Of a stretch of DNA of 54,707 nucleotides, positions 9,748-19,998 are shown piece after piece; position 1 is the stretch's first letter, and each line of letters opens with the position of its first letter. Position numbers and translations under genes: made by a program. The stretch is from an uncultured Candidatus Saccharibacteria bacterium (GTDB taxonomy: Bacteria > Patescibacteriota > Minisyncoccia > Phycocordibacterales > PALSA-1337): assembly GCA_964357605.1 (NCBI GenBank), contig CAYHLX010000006.1, forward strand, positions 1 through 54,707. Reading direction: 5' to 3'. The notes under the pieces are model-generated. The model had not been told where the DNA came from and did no database searches. It saw only the letters and a program-made list of their open reading frames with translations.

Positions 9748-11202
9748 ATGGCTTCACTAGAAGAGCTTCGTAAAACCAGATTAGAAAAACTGAAGCTTTT
9801 GAAAGAAGCGGGCATGGATCCGTATCCAAGCAAAATTCCTAGAACTTTTTGTCTTGGTGATGCCAAAAAGAATTTCTTTGAATATGAAAAGTCTGGTCAA
9901 GAAGTTTCTCTGGCTGGACGTATCATGGCGATCCGTGGACAGGGAGCGATTCTTTTTGTCGTTCTTTATGATGGTAGAGGAAAGTTTCAAGCAGTTTTTA
10001 AAAAGGATCAAGTAGAAGAAAAACTTTTCAAACTTTTTACTGACGCAGTTGATATTGGAGATTTTATCTCTGTTACGGGTATATTTTTCACTACTCAAAA
10101 AGGGGAGCAGAGTCTTGCGGTCAAAACTTGGACCATGGCGACCAAGGCTATTCTCCCTTTGCCGGAAAAATGGCATGGGATTCAGGATACGGATGAAAGG
10201 TACCGCAAGCGTTACCTAGATATTTTAATGAACGAAGAGATTCGTGATCTTTTGGTCAAGAAAAGTAAGTTTTGGGACGTGACACGTAGTTTTATGAAAG
10301 ATCACGGTTTTTTGGAAGTGGAAACACCGACTTTAGAAGTGACCACCGGGGGAGCAGAGGCGACTCCTTTCAAGACTCATCACAATGATTACGATCTTCC
10401 AGTTTATTTGAGAATTTCAGTGGGAGAATTGTGGCAGAAGAGACTCATGGCGGCTGGTTTCCCCAAAACTTTTGAGATTGGCAGGATCTATCGTAATGAA
10501 GGTTCTAGCCCAGAGCACCTACAGGAGTTTACCAATATGGAATTCTATTGGTCTTTTGCAGACTATGAAGATGGGATGGAGTTGGTGAGAGAGATGTACA
10601 TGAGGATTGCCCAGGAGGTTTTTGGGACGACCAAATTTACCACTAGGGGACACACTTTTGATCTAGCTCACGAATGGACGAAGATTGATTATACCGAAGA
10701 AATTAAAAAACAGACCGGGATTGATATTCTCAAAGCTACTGATAAAGAAATTTCTAAAAAACTAGATAGTTTAAAGGTGAAGTATGAAGGTACTAATCGC
10801 GAGAGACTTATAGATACTCTCTGGAAATACTGTCGAAAAAATATTTCTGGCCCAGCTTTTCTTGTGAATCATCCGCTGGCGGTGGCTCCTCTCGCTAAGA
10901 CTGTTTCAGGAAAGCAGGTGGCTCAAATGTTTCAGCCAATCCTCGCTGGGAGTGAAGTGGGTAGAGGTTATTCTGAATTGAACGATCCAGTAGATCAAAA
11001 AGAAAGATTTGAAGCTCAGCAGAAGTTAGTAGATGCCGGAGATACCGAAGCCATGATGGCGGATCATGAATTTGTGGAAATGTTGGAACATGGCATGCCA
11101 CCTACATGCGGATTTGGATTTGGTGAAAGACTTTTTGCTTTTTTGGCAGATAAACCAACAAGGGAATTACAAATGTTTCCGCTCATGAGGCCGAGGGAGT
11201 AG
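9748..11202 (+). CDS. lysS: Lysine--tRNA ligase (class II)
   Basis: YRKRYLD, EIGRIYRNEG, GMPPTCGFGFG. Confidence 0.96.
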   Translation: MASLEELRKTRLEKLKLLKEAGMDPYPSKIPRTFCLGDAKKNFFEYEKSGQEVSLAGRIMAIRGQGAILFVVLYDGRGKFQAVFKKDQVEEKLFKLFTDAVDIGDFISVTGIFFTTQKGEQSLAVKTWTMATKAILPLPEKWHGIQDTDERYRKRYLDILMNEEIRDLLVKKSKFWDVTRSFMKDHGFLEVETPTLEVTTGGAEATPFKTHHNDYDLPVYLRISVGELWQKRLMAAGFPKTFEIGRIYRNEGSSPEHLQEFTNMEFYWSFADYEDGMELVREMYMRIAQEVFGTTKFTTRGHTFDLAHEWTKIDYTEEIKKQTGIDILKATDKEISKKLDSLKVKYEGTNRERLIDTLWKYCRKNISGPAFLVNHPLAVAPLAKTVSGKQVAQMFQPILAGSEVGRGYSELNDPVDQKERFEAQQKLVDAGDTEAMMADHEFVEMLEHGMPPTCGFGFGERLFAFLADKPTRELQMFPLMRPRE

Positions 11203-11221
11203 ATTCTATATTAAAGGCCTT

Positions 11222-11252
11222 AAACAGACATTCCGTGAGGAATGCTTGTTTT
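11222..11252 (+). terminator. Intrinsic terminator after lysS
   Basis: AAACAGACATTCC-GTGA-GGAATGCTTGTTTT hairpin. Confidence 0.65.
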
Positions 11253-11264
11253 CGTATTAAGAGC

Positions 11265-11295
11265 TTAACCCCAAGTTATCCCCCTTTTATCCACA
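11265..11295 (+). promoter_or_regulatory. DnaA box cluster upstream of mraZ
   Basis: Perfect TTATCCACA at 11287-11295 plus degenerate TTATCCCCC (11276) and TTAACCCCA (11265) at 11-bp spacing. Confidence 0.55.
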
Positions 11296-11319
11296 TTTCT
11301 ATTACTACGCCTAAACATT

Positions 11320-11388
11320 AAAGTGGTATATAATATCCATTAAGTGGGATGAAGTGGTACGAAATAAAAAGACCACTTTTACTCCACC
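11320..11388 (+). promoter_or_regulatory. mraZ promoter and putative MraZ-binding GTGG repeats
   Basis: AAGTGG occurs three times (two copies 10 bp apart) around TATAAT, plus an inverted CCAC pair 10 bp apart; resembles the GTGG-repeat MraZ operators known at dcw clusters. Confidence 0.65.
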
Positions 11389-11393
11389 AGCAT

Positions 11394-11834
11394 ATGCTAA
11401 TCGGAGAATATCGACATGTTATCGACAACAAAAACCGGTTGTCGCTTCCGGCCAAATTCCGCAAGGAAACCGGAAAAAAAGTAGTCATAACCTCCGGTTT
11501 GGACTCCTGTCTCTTTGTCTTTCCAACAAAGTCCTGGGAATCAATCACCGCTCGTCTCTCATCACCTGATTCTTCCATGCTTCAGGCTGATAGTAGAAGT
11601 TTCAATCGCTACCTTCTCGGAGGAGCCGTTGAAGTTGATGTAGATGCTTTGGGTAGAATGCTCATCCCAGAATACTTGGTCGATCGCGCTAAACTTGGAC
11701 GCAATGTCGTGATCGTCGGAGTTAGGGAGAGAGCTGAAATCTGGGACGAGGCACGTTGGGATGCGTATCGCGCGGAGATAGAAAAAAAGGCCGATGCTCT
11801 AGCTGAAAAGCTTGGGGAAAGCGGCATGATCTAG
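11394..11834 (+). CDS. mraZ: Transcriptional regulator MraZ
   Basis: MLIGEYRHVIDNKNRLSLPAKFR, DALGRMLIP; heads the dcw cluster. Confidence 0.95.
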   Translation: MLIGEYRHVIDNKNRLSLPAKFRKETGKKVVITSGLDSCLFVFPTKSWESITARLSSPDSSMLQADSRSFNRYLLGGAVEVDVDALGRMLIPEYLVDRAKLGRNVVIVGVRERAEIWDEARWDAYRAEIEKKADALAEKLGESGMI

Positions 11835-11839
11835 CGCCT

Positions 11840-12745
11840 ATGTTTGTTCACGAATCAGTTCTTTTAAATGAATCAATAGACTCGCTCAATATTTCTTCGG
11901 GAAAAACATATCTCGATGGAACGTTGGGAAGTGCTGGGCACGCTGCTCTAGCTCTAGAAAGAGCCAAGAGGGATCTAACGGTTATCGGTCTCGATAGAGA
12001 CGAGGATGCTTTAAGGCGCTCTAAAAAGAGATTAGAAAGAGCTGCTGATGACCGGAGTAAAATTCATCTCAAGCTTTCAAGTTACGGTGACCTAGACAAA
12101 GCTCTATCGGAAATTGGCATAGATAAGGTGGATGCTTTGATGCTGGATTTAGGTTTATCTTCAGATCAATTTGAAACATCGGGAAGAGGATTTAGTTTTA
12201 AGAAAGATGAACCCCTCATTATGACTTTTGCCGAAAAACCTGATGAACATGACCTCACGGCCAAATACATTTTAAATAATTGGCAGGAGCAAAGCATTGC
12301 CGATGTGATCTATGGATACGGTGAAGAAAGATATGCCTTGCGTATTGCCCGCAAGATTATTTCATACAGAGAAAGAAAACTGATAGAGACCACTCATGAG
12401 TTAGTGGAGATCGTGAATAGTGCAGTGCCATCAAGCTATAGACACGGAAGAATTCATCCAGCGACCAGAACTTTTCAGGCTTTGAGAATCACTGTGAATG
12501 ATGAGCTTAATACCTTGAAAGAGGGTTTAAAGAAGGGATTTGAAAGACTAAGAAGTGGGGGAAGGATGGCCGTCATTTCATTTCACAGCCTAGAAGATAG
12601 AATAGTCAAAAATTTTTATAAAGAAAAAGTAGTAGAAGAGAAAGCCAAAATTATTACCAAAAAACCAATTGTTCCATCTGAAGAAGAAATAGAGAGAAAC
12701 CCCAGATCTAGAAGTGCCAAGCTCAGAGTCTTAGAAAAAAATTAA
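11840..12745 (+). CDS. rsmH: 16S rRNA m4C1402 methyltransferase RsmH
   Basis: HESVLL, DGTLGSAGH, ATRTFQALRI, NPRSRSAKLR. Confidence 0.96.
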   Translation: MFVHESVLLNESIDSLNISSGKTYLDGTLGSAGHAALALERAKRDLTVIGLDRDEDALRRSKKRLERAADDRSKIHLKLSSYGDLDKALSEIGIDKVDALMLDLGLSSDQFETSGRGFSFKKDEPLIMTFAEKPDEHDLTAKYILNNWQEQSIADVIYGYGEERYALRIARKIISYRERKLIETTHELVEIVNSAVPSSYRHGRIHPATRTFQALRITVNDELNTLKEGLKKGFERLRSGGRMAVISFHSLEDRIVKNFYKEKVVEEKAKIITKKPIVPSEEEIERNPRSRSAKLRVLEKN

Positions 12746-12749
12746 AAAA

Positions 12750-13079
12750 ATGACCAAAGCCATTACAATCACATACACCGTCCTTCACCGCTACCGTGAA
12801 AGGCTTTTTGCCATACTGTTAGCTGCTATTTTGATTGCTTTGGCCTCTTACGTTTTTTTGATCCATAAGGCTGTAGTAAATATCGTAGCTAGAGAAGCGA
12901 CGGTAGAGAAGATCAGTGCCAAATCAAGCAAAGTCGCTGAACTTGAAGGTAAATACTTTACGATAAAAAATTCTATTACTCTAGAAGTGGCCCACCAAAA
13001 AGGTTTTAAAGATGTCTCGATCAGTAACTATATTTCTAAAAAATCTGTTACGGCGATGGCATCTCAACATGAACTCTAG
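12750..13079 (+). CDS. FtsL-like bitopic membrane protein
   Basis: Single TM plus coiled coil, between rsmH and ftsI. Confidence 0.6.
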   Translation: MTKAITITYTVLHRYRERLFAILLAAILIALASYVFLIHKAVVNIVAREATVEKISAKSSKVAELEGKYFTIKNSITLEVAHQKGFKDVSISNYISKKSVTAMASQHEL

Positions 13080-14793
13080 TTTTATATTAAGAATTCGTTT
13101 TCTACTAGTAGTTTGTTGTCTTTTCGCCTTGATTATCATCGGAAAATTGTATGACGTGCAGATCGTTAGTGGGGAGTCGTATCTCAAAAAAGCTGATGCT
13201 CAGTATGTGGCACCCTCAATTTCTGTTTTTGATAGAGGTTCTATTTTTCTAGAAACAAAAACAGGTACCAGAGTGGCGGCAGCGATAGTGAAGGATGGGT
13301 ACACTATTGTGATGAACCCCAAGTTACTCACTGATCCAGAAAATGCCTATGTGGCTATTTCTCAATACATAGATCTTGACCCCAAGCTTTTTGCAGAAAA
13401 AGCGGCTAAAGCCAAAGATGATGACCAGTATGAAGAACTAGCTAAAAAAGTGGAGAGAGAAGTTGGGGAATCCATCGCGGCTCTCAAGATCACGGGCATT
13501 GATGCTTACAAAGAAAATTGGAGAGTTTACTCTGGAAATTCTTTATTTTCTCATACTCTAGGAATTGTGGGATATGATTCAGGAAATAAAGTGGCTGGAC
13601 GTTATGGTCTGGAGAGAAATTATGAAAATGTTCTTTATCGTACTGGACAAAAAGAAAGCGTAAATTTTTTCGCGGAACTTTTTGGTGGAGTCCAAAATGG
13701 TGTTTTTAGTGGATCGGACAAAGAGGGAGATATTGTTACTTCCCTCGATCCCACCCTTGGTAGTTATCTGGAGGAGATTCTTTCGGATACAAAAGATTTG
13801 TGGGGTTCTGATTCTATTGGGGGAATTATTATGGATCCACACACAGGAGCGATTTATGCGATGTCGGCTTTGCCAGCCTTTAATCCCAACGAACTTTCCA
13901 GTGTGAAAAACCCAAAAATCTTTTCCAATCCTCTCGTGGAAGATGTTTATGAAATGGGATCAATTATCAAACCTTTGACGATGGCGGCGGGTATTGATAG
14001 TAAGGTAATTACCAAGAACTCCATGTACGATGATACCGGGTTTCTCATGTTAGACGAAAAGAAAATCTCTAATTTTGACGGTCGAGCTCGCGGTCGAGTT
14101 TCCATGCAAGAGGTTTTGAGTCAGTCTCTAAACATTGGAGCGGCTTATATTGCTTTGAAGTTGGGAAATGAGGAATTTCGAAGATATTTTACCAGTTTTG
14201 GAATCGGAGAGAAAACTGGTATCGATCAGCCCAATGAAGCACGGGGGATCGTAGATAACTTAAGTAGCAAAAGACAGATTGAACATGCGACGGCTTCGTA
14301 TGGACAGGGAATTGCGATGTCGCCCATCTCTACCATCCGTGCTCTTTCTGTGATTGCTAATGGTGGTAAACTGGTTCAACCACATTTGGTGAAGGAGATT
14401 AATTATATTGACGGCACTGTAAAGATGATAGCTTCTGAACCTGGTTTGCAAGTTATCCAGAAGGAAACATCTGACGATGTGACAAACATGTTGATTGAAG
14501 TGGTTGATAAGGCAATTGCTAAGGCACATCCAGATATAAAGATGGAACATTATAGTATTGCGGCCAAAACAGGGACGGCTCAGATTGCTAATCATGGGAA
14601 TGGCGGTTATTATAGTGACAGGTATCTACATTCGTTTTTTGGCTATTTTCCGGCCTATAACCCCCGTTTTATTGTCTTCTTGTACCAGATCAACCCCAAA
14701 GGAGCTCAATACGCCTCTGAAACCCTTGTAGATCCCTTTGTTGACCTGGCCAAATTTATTATAAATTATTACGAAATTTCTCCCGATAGATAA
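13069..14793 (+). CDS. ftsI: Cell-division class B penicillin-binding protein (FtsI)
   Basis: EMGSIIK, SLN, KTGT; dcw position; ATG 13069 chosen. Confidence 0.88.
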   Translation: MNSSFILRIRFLLVVCCLFALIIIGKLYDVQIVSGESYLKKADAQYVAPSISVFDRGSIFLETKTGTRVAAAIVKDGYTIVMNPKLLTDPENAYVAISQYIDLDPKLFAEKAAKAKDDDQYEELAKKVEREVGESIAALKITGIDAYKENWRVYSGNSLFSHTLGIVGYDSGNKVAGRYGLERNYENVLYRTGQKESVNFFAELFGGVQNGVFSGSDKEGDIVTSLDPTLGSYLEEILSDTKDLWGSDSIGGIIMDPHTGAIYAMSALPAFNPNELSSVKNPKIFSNPLVEDVYEMGSIIKPLTMAAGIDSKVITKNSMYDDTGFLMLDEKKISNFDGRARGRVSMQEVLSQSLNIGAAYIALKLGNEEFRRYFTSFGIGEKTGIDQPNEARGIVDNLSSKRQIEHATASYGQGIAMSPISTIRALSVIANGGKLVQPHLVKEINYIDGTVKMIASEPGLQVIQKETSDDVTNMLIEVVDKAIAKAHPDIKMEHYSIAAKTGTAQIANHGNGGYYSDRYLHSFFGYFPAYNPRFIVFLYQINPKGAQYASETLVDPFVDLAKFIINYYEISPDR

Positions 14794-14805
14794 GGTTTAA
14801 TTTTC

Positions 14806-16068
14806 ATGAAATCATTTCTAAAAGATATTCTCGTTGCTATTCTCGAGTTTGAAGCTCGGGCTGTGCTCAAAAAGTACAGACCGACTATTATTGCTATTAC
14901 CGGTAGTGTTGGTAAGACATCGACCAAAGATGCTATTTATTCTGTCTTGTCTAGAACGGGTCATGTGCGAAAAAGTGAGAAAAGTTTCAATAGTGAAATC
15001 GGTGTCCCTCTTACGATCTTGGGTTGTCAAAATGCTTGGAGCAATCCTGTCCTTTGGCTGAAGAATATTTTTCAGGGTCTAGAGTTGATTTTTTTTAAAT
15101 CCACTTATCCAGACTGTCTAGTCTTGGAAGTTGGAGCCGATAAACCTAGTGATATCAGCAATCTGGCTGAATGGTTAAAACCGCATATCGTGGTAATCAC
15201 TAAGGTAAGTGATGTACCTGTGCATGTAGAATTCTTTCCTTCAGCGGAAGCCTTGCTTAAAGAAAAAGCTTTTCTGGTGAAATCTTTGCGTAAAGATGGT
15301 ACTCTAGTTCTTTATGCTGATGATGCCAAAGTTCTATCTTTAGGTAAGGGCATGTCTCAAAAGATCATTACTTTTGGAATGACAAATTCTGCTACTATTA
15401 CTGGTACAAATGATTCGATTGTCTACGAGAGTGGTAGGCCGGTGGGTATTAGTTTCAAATTAAACTATGAAGGGAACAGCGTTCCGGTGGTCATTAAAGG
15501 CGTTTTAGGTAGCCATCATATTTACCCTCTGATTGCCGCTGCTTCGGTGGCTTTAGCGCGAAAAGTTCCTTTATCTGAGATCGTTAGTAAACTTTCGGAA
15601 CATGTGGCTCCCAAAGGAAGAATGAATATTATCAAAGGTATAAATGACAGTATCCTTATTGATGATACTTACAATTCTTCACCCGATGCGCTTCAGGAAG
15701 CTTTAAACACTCTTTCTAAAGTTGAAACTTCTGGTAAAAAGATTGCGGTACTTGGCGACATGTTAGAACTCGGCAAATTTTCGGTTGAGGAACATAAAAA
15801 AGCGGGGGAGCGCGCTTCTCAAGTGGCCTCACTAGTTGTCTCTGTGGGACAAAGGTCTAAAGAGATGCCGGGAGTCTCGGCTTCTTTTGAATCTTCTTTG
15901 CAAGCTCTGGACTTTCTGAAAGACAAGGTGGGTCAGGGAGATTTGGTGTTGGTCAAAGGTTCGCAATCTATCCGCATGGAACATATTGTGAAAGGCTTGA
16001 TGCTAGAGCCAGAGAAGGCATACGAGTTGCTGGTGCGTCAGGAGCCAGAGTGGCTTGCGAAGAAGTAG
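14806..16068 (+). CDS. murF: UDP-MurNAc-tripeptide--D-Ala-D-Ala ligase
   Basis: ITGSVGKTSTK, DDTYNSSP, LGDMLELG, LVKGSQ. Confidence 0.93.
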   Translation: MKSFLKDILVAILEFEARAVLKKYRPTIIAITGSVGKTSTKDAIYSVLSRTGHVRKSEKSFNSEIGVPLTILGCQNAWSNPVLWLKNIFQGLELIFFKSTYPDCLVLEVGADKPSDISNLAEWLKPHIVVITKVSDVPVHVEFFPSAEALLKEKAFLVKSLRKDGTLVLYADDAKVLSLGKGMSQKIITFGMTNSATITGTNDSIVYESGRPVGISFKLNYEGNSVPVVIKGVLGSHHIYPLIAAASVALARKVPLSEIVSKLSEHVAPKGRMNIIKGINDSILIDDTYNSSPDALQEALNTLSKVETSGKKIAVLGDMLELGKFSVEEHKKAGERASQVASLVVSVGQRSKEMPGVSASFESSLQALDFLKDKVGQGDLVLVKGSQSIRMEHIVKGLMLEPEKAYELLVRQEPEWLAKK

Positions 16069-16093
16069 GAATTGTTTTAGAGTAAGAAACTAC

Positions 16094-16165
16094 GGCCCTA
16101 TCGTCTATCGGCTAGGACACATCCTTCTCAAGGATGGAAGCAGAGTTCGATTCTCTGTAGGGTCA
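16094..16165 (+). tRNA. tRNA-Glu (anticodon CTC), CCA not encoded
   Basis: GGCCCTA/TAGGGTC acceptor stem, anticodon arm CATCC-TTCTCAA-GGATG, T arm CAGAG-TTCGATT-CTCTG. Confidence 0.95.
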
Positions 16166-16271
16166 TGTTTGATAAACTTTTTTTATTATGTTAACTTCAG
16201 TTTAGATTCTCTTTGATTCTTTCGGTTTTTAAACTCACTCAACCACAACAACTCAACCACGGAGGTAAGTT

Positions 16272-16949
16272 ATGCAGGATCTCACTGTCCCAGTCATCAC
16301 CCTTGACGGTCTCGCTGGGGTTGGCAAGGGAGCCACACGAAGTGCTATTGCCAAGAAACTTGGTTACAGGGAACTTGATAGCGGGGCGTTGTACCGAGCC
16401 ATTGCTTTTCAGGCTCACAGAATGAATGCCATTCACGATATTCCAGCTATCGTCAGGCTCATTCCCGATATGGACGTGCAGGTCGATGGAGAGGAAATCT
16501 TCATTGCTGGCAAGAGGGTCACGTCCATCGTACGCTCTACTTCCATTGGTAAATTGACCTCGATGCTTGCAAAAGTTCCCCAGATTCGTGATGGAGCGCT
16601 TAGCATGCAACTTTCGGCTCGAGTTGCTCCAGGTTTGGTGGCGGACGGTCGGGATATGGCCTTCATCTTTGAGACGGAGTACCGCTTTTGGTTGGAAGCT
16701 GCGATTGGGGTTCGAGCAAAGCGTCGCCTTGAACAGCTTCGATCCTTAAAAAGACGCCGGGTAAGTTATGCCGGTCTCTTGAGATCAATGCAGGAGCGAG
16801 ATATGGCGGATGTGAGCCGTGAAGTTTCTCCGGCCATCCGCCATCCAAAAGCTTGGATTATTGATACTGGGATTACCAAGGACCCAGAGGAGACAGCCGC
16901 GGCCATTCTTCTCAACTGCCAGGGACTTACAAGGGTCGCTAGAGCATAA
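16272..16949 (+). CDS. cmk: Cytidylate kinase (divergent)
   Basis: ITLDGLAGVGKG, LDSGALYRA, VADGRD, ERDMAD; GGAGG RBS. Confidence 0.85.
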   Translation: MQDLTVPVITLDGLAGVGKGATRSAIAKKLGYRELDSGALYRAIAFQAHRMNAIHDIPAIVRLIPDMDVQVDGEEIFIAGKRVTSIVRSTSIGKLTSMLAKVPQIRDGALSMQLSARVAPGLVADGRDMAFIFETEYRFWLEAAIGVRAKRRLEQLRSLKRRRVSYAGLLRSMQERDMADVSREVSPAIRHPKAWIIDTGITKDPEETAAAILLNCQGLTRVARA

Positions 16950-16970
16950 GTTGTGCCCGTTTCAATTCAG

Positions 16971-17009
16971 CAAAAGCCCGTTGCTGTCTGGAACGGGCTT
17001 TTGTTTTTC
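16971..17009 (+). terminator. Intrinsic terminator after cmk
   Basis: CAAAAGCCCGTT...AACGGGCTTTTG plus T tract. Confidence 0.8.
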
Positions 17010-17065
17010 TGTAAGAAAACTGGACTTAGTACGTCATATTATGGTATAACAAGAGAATAAAATAT

Positions 17066-17413
17066 ATGAAAAATACCTTCTATTCAATCGGTCTGGTGTC
17101 TCTAGTGGCGCTATTTGTAATGTTGGCCCTTCCTTCTATTGTCTCAGCAGAGGACTACACCCCTAGGTATAATTATCATGAATACAGCCAAAGGTTCAAT
17201 TATTACCAGAGTAATCAGGATAACTATTACAATACCTACTATCCACAAGTCTATACACCTCCTGTTTACTATCCTCCTACTAACTATAGCTATAATTATC
17301 AATATAACTATAGCCCAGCGCCCATTTCACTACCGGTCTATACCTATGTTCCCGTTTATCCTGTGAATATGAATTATTATTCTCAGACTTCGTTCGTGAA
17401 TTACTATCGTTAG
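17066..17413 (+). CDS. Secreted Tyr/Asn/Pro-rich low-complexity protein
   Basis: Signal peptide ending VSA-E; mature part dominated by Y, N, P, Q. Confidence 0.7.
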   Translation: MKNTFYSIGLVSLVALFVMLALPSIVSAEDYTPRYNYHEYSQRFNYYQSNQDNYYNTYYPQVYTPPVYYPPTNYSYNYQYNYSPAPISLPVYTYVPVYPVNMNYYSQTSFVNYYR

Positions 17414-17457
17414 TTTTATGATACAATGGCCGTATTAATCGTTAATTAATACCTGCT

Positions 17458-17820
17458 ATGCTCACCCTCGTACACATTATTGGCCAGATCCTTTTCGGCG
17501 GTTTTTTCATTTATCAGGCAATTAATCATTTTTCTAAGTCTCAGGATTTAACAGCTTATGCTACTTCTATGAAGGTTCCAGCTCCAAAAGTAGCTGTTTG
17601 GGGAAGCGGAATTCTTCTTTTTTTGGGCGGGGTTGGAGTCTTGTTTAATTTCTATACTCTGATCGCCCTCATTTTACTGGCAATCTTTCTCATTGGCGTG
17701 ACATTTACGATGCACGCTTTTTGGAACATGAAAGACCCTGGGATTAAAGCTTTCAACTCTATCCAGTTTTGGAAAAACTTGGCGTTATTGGGAGCGGTTT
17801 TGCTCCTAATGCAGTGGTAG
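17458..17820 (+). CDS. DoxX family membrane protein
   Basis: GQILFGGFF, MHAFW, FWKNLALLGA. Confidence 0.85.
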   Translation: MLTLVHIIGQILFGGFFIYQAINHFSKSQDLTAYATSMKVPAPKVAVWGSGILLFLGGVGVLFNFYTLIALILLAIFLIGVTFTMHAFWNMKDPGIKAFNSIQFWKNLALLGAVLLLMQW

Positions 17821-17835
17821 TTAAAGTGGTCACTG

Positions 17836-19998
17836 ATGAAAGAGAAATTTTTAAAACCATATAATCCTGCGGAGACCGAAGATCGGATACGAGATCTTTG
17901 GGATAAAAGTGGCTATGCCAATCCAGACAGTCTGCCAGCTAGGCATCAAGAGCCATTTTCTATTGTTTTACCTCCTCCCAATGTTACAGGGAGTCTTCAT
18001 GCTGGACACGCTTTGACGGTGGCCATAGAAGATATCATGGTTCGTTATGCTCGTATGAAAGGGAAGAAGGCCCTCTGGATCCCCGGTACAGATCATGCGG
18101 CGATTGCGACTCAGTCAAAGGTGGAAAAGGAGCTCGAAAAAAAGGAAGGTAAGAAACGTCGCGATTTTTCTCGAGAAGATTTTGTGAAAAAAGTTGAGAA
18201 GTTTGCCGAAGAAAGTCACAATACCATTGTTAATCAGGTCAAAAGACTTGGGGCCTCTCTAGACTGGTCTAGGGAAGCCTTTACGCTCGATGAAAAAAGA
18301 AGTTTGGCTGTCCGCACCGCCTTCAAGAGAATGTATGATGATGGATTGATTTATAGAGGTTACCGGGTGGTGAACTGGGATCCAAAAGGTCAAACCACTA
18401 TCTCTGATGACGAGATCGTTTATGAAACCAGAAAAACTAAGCTCTATACTTTCAAATATGCTAAAGATATTCCTATTTCTATTTCTACCACTCGTCCTGA
18501 AACAAAACTCGGTGACACGGCTATTGCGGTTCATCCAGAAGACCCTAGATACCAGGAATATGTTGGCAAAGAATACGACACGGTTTTTGCCGGTGAACCG
18601 ATTCGTCTGAAGGTAATTGCTGATCTCGCCGTAGAGAAGGATTTTGGTACAGGAGCGTTGGGAGTGACGCCGGCTCATAGTACTGTGGATTGGGAAATGT
18701 CCCAAAGGCATGGCCTGACTCTAAAACAGGTGATCAATGAATTTGGAAAGATGACCGTTGGAGTCCATGGGGTGAAGGATAAGAAAACGGTTGAAGCTCG
18801 TGAAGCAGTCGTGGTTTGGCTTAAAGAACAGGGACTACTCGAAAAGGAAGAGGAGATTGAGCAAAATATTTCTATTGCAGAGAGAACGGGTGGGGTGATA
18901 GAGCCACTACCAAAATTGCAGTGGTTCGTGGGGGTGAATAGAAAATTTAAGAAGGGAGGTCAAGAAACTACTCTCAAAGAGTTGATGATCAAAGCGGTTA
19001 GTGAAAAACAAATTTCCATTCTTCCGGATCGTTTTGAAAAGGTTTATTTTAATTGGGTGGAGAACTTGCGGGACTGGTGTATTTCTAGGCAGATTTGGTA
19101 TGGTCATCGGGTGCCGGTGTGGTATCGGGGTGAAAAAATCCATTGTGAGATTGACGCCCCTATTGGAGATAGCTGGGTGCAGGATGAAGACACTTTGGAT
19201 ACTTGGTTTTCTTCTGGTTTGTGGACTTTCTCTACGCTTGGTTGGCCGGAAAAGACTAAAGATCTGAAAGAGTATCACCCTACGGCCGTCTTGGAGACCG
19301 GCCGGGACATTCTTTTTTTCTGGGTGGCTCGTATGATTCTCATGTCTACTTATCTTTTGGATGAAGTTCCGTTTAAAAATGTTTATCTACACGGTCTAGT
19401 TTTGGATGGTCAGGGTAGGAAACTTAGTAAATCTTTAGGTAATTTTATTGATCCTCTAGAAGTGGTGGAGAAATATGGAGCTGATGCTTATCGCATGTCC
19501 CTTATTGTGGGAGTTGGTCCGGGGAGTGATAGCAAGGTGGGGGAGGATAAGATTAAGGCTTATAAAAACTTTGCTAACAAGATCTGGAATGCGACTCGTT
19601 TTGTTCTTACTTCTGTAGAGGGGGCGGAAATTGAGCTTGATAAAAAACCTGAGCTTATTGATTCTCACCAAGCTCATATAGAGGAACTTCATAATACTCT
19701 GAAGGATGTGACTCTTGATATGGATAATTTTAGGTATTATTTGGCGGGAGAGAAACTCTACCACTATTTCTGGCATGTTTTTGCGGATAAAATCATAGAG
19801 GAGAGCAAGAGTGCTGTACTAGGCAATGATCCGAAGGCTAAACTTTCAGCACAGTGGATGCTTCTCTATATCTTGGCAACAACCATCAAAGCCCTACATC
19901 CCTTCATGCCATTTGTGACCGAAGAAATCTGGTCGGAGTTACCAATCAAAAACAAAACCCTGCTCATGGTGGAGAGGTGGGGGGGAATAAAGCTATGA
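17836..19998 (+). CDS. valS: Valine--tRNA ligase (lacks C-terminal coiled coil)
   Basis: PPPNVTGSLHAGH, DWCISRQIWYGH, DTWFSSGLW, KLSKS. Confidence 0.96.
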   Translation: MKEKFLKPYNPAETEDRIRDLWDKSGYANPDSLPARHQEPFSIVLPPPNVTGSLHAGHALTVAIEDIMVRYARMKGKKALWIPGTDHAAIATQSKVEKELEKKEGKKRRDFSREDFVKKVEKFAEESHNTIVNQVKRLGASLDWSREAFTLDEKRSLAVRTAFKRMYDDGLIYRGYRVVNWDPKGQTTISDDEIVYETRKTKLYTFKYAKDIPISISTTRPETKLGDTAIAVHPEDPRYQEYVGKEYDTVFAGEPIRLKVIADLAVEKDFGTGALGVTPAHSTVDWEMSQRHGLTLKQVINEFGKMTVGVHGVKDKKTVEAREAVVVWLKEQGLLEKEEEIEQNISIAERTGGVIEPLPKLQWFVGVNRKFKKGGQETTLKELMIKAVSEKQISILPDRFEKVYFNWVENLRDWCISRQIWYGHRVPVWYRGEKIHCEIDAPIGDSWVQDEDTLDTWFSSGLWTFSTLGWPEKTKDLKEYHPTAVLETGRDILFFWVARMILMSTYLLDEVPFKNVYLHGLVLDGQGRKLSKSLGNFIDPLEVVEKYGADAYRMSLIVGVGPGSDSKVGEDKIKAYKNFANKIWNATRFVLTSVEGAEIELDKKPELIDSHQAHIEELHNTLKDVTLDMDNFRYYLAGEKLYHYFWHVFADKIIEESKSAVLGNDPKAKLSAQWMLLYILATTIKALHPFMPFVTEEIWSELPIKNKTLLMVERWGGIKL

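Noticed and set aside
16165-16197. dif-like site (GATAA...TTATGTTAACT) after tRNA-Glu
   Set aside because: The XerD-like arm is present but the spacer is about 10 nt, not 6; better explained as the cmk promoter (TTGATA...TAACTT)
16094-17010. Integrative element at tRNA-Glu
   Set aside because: No integrase and no duplicated tRNA 3' end found in the window
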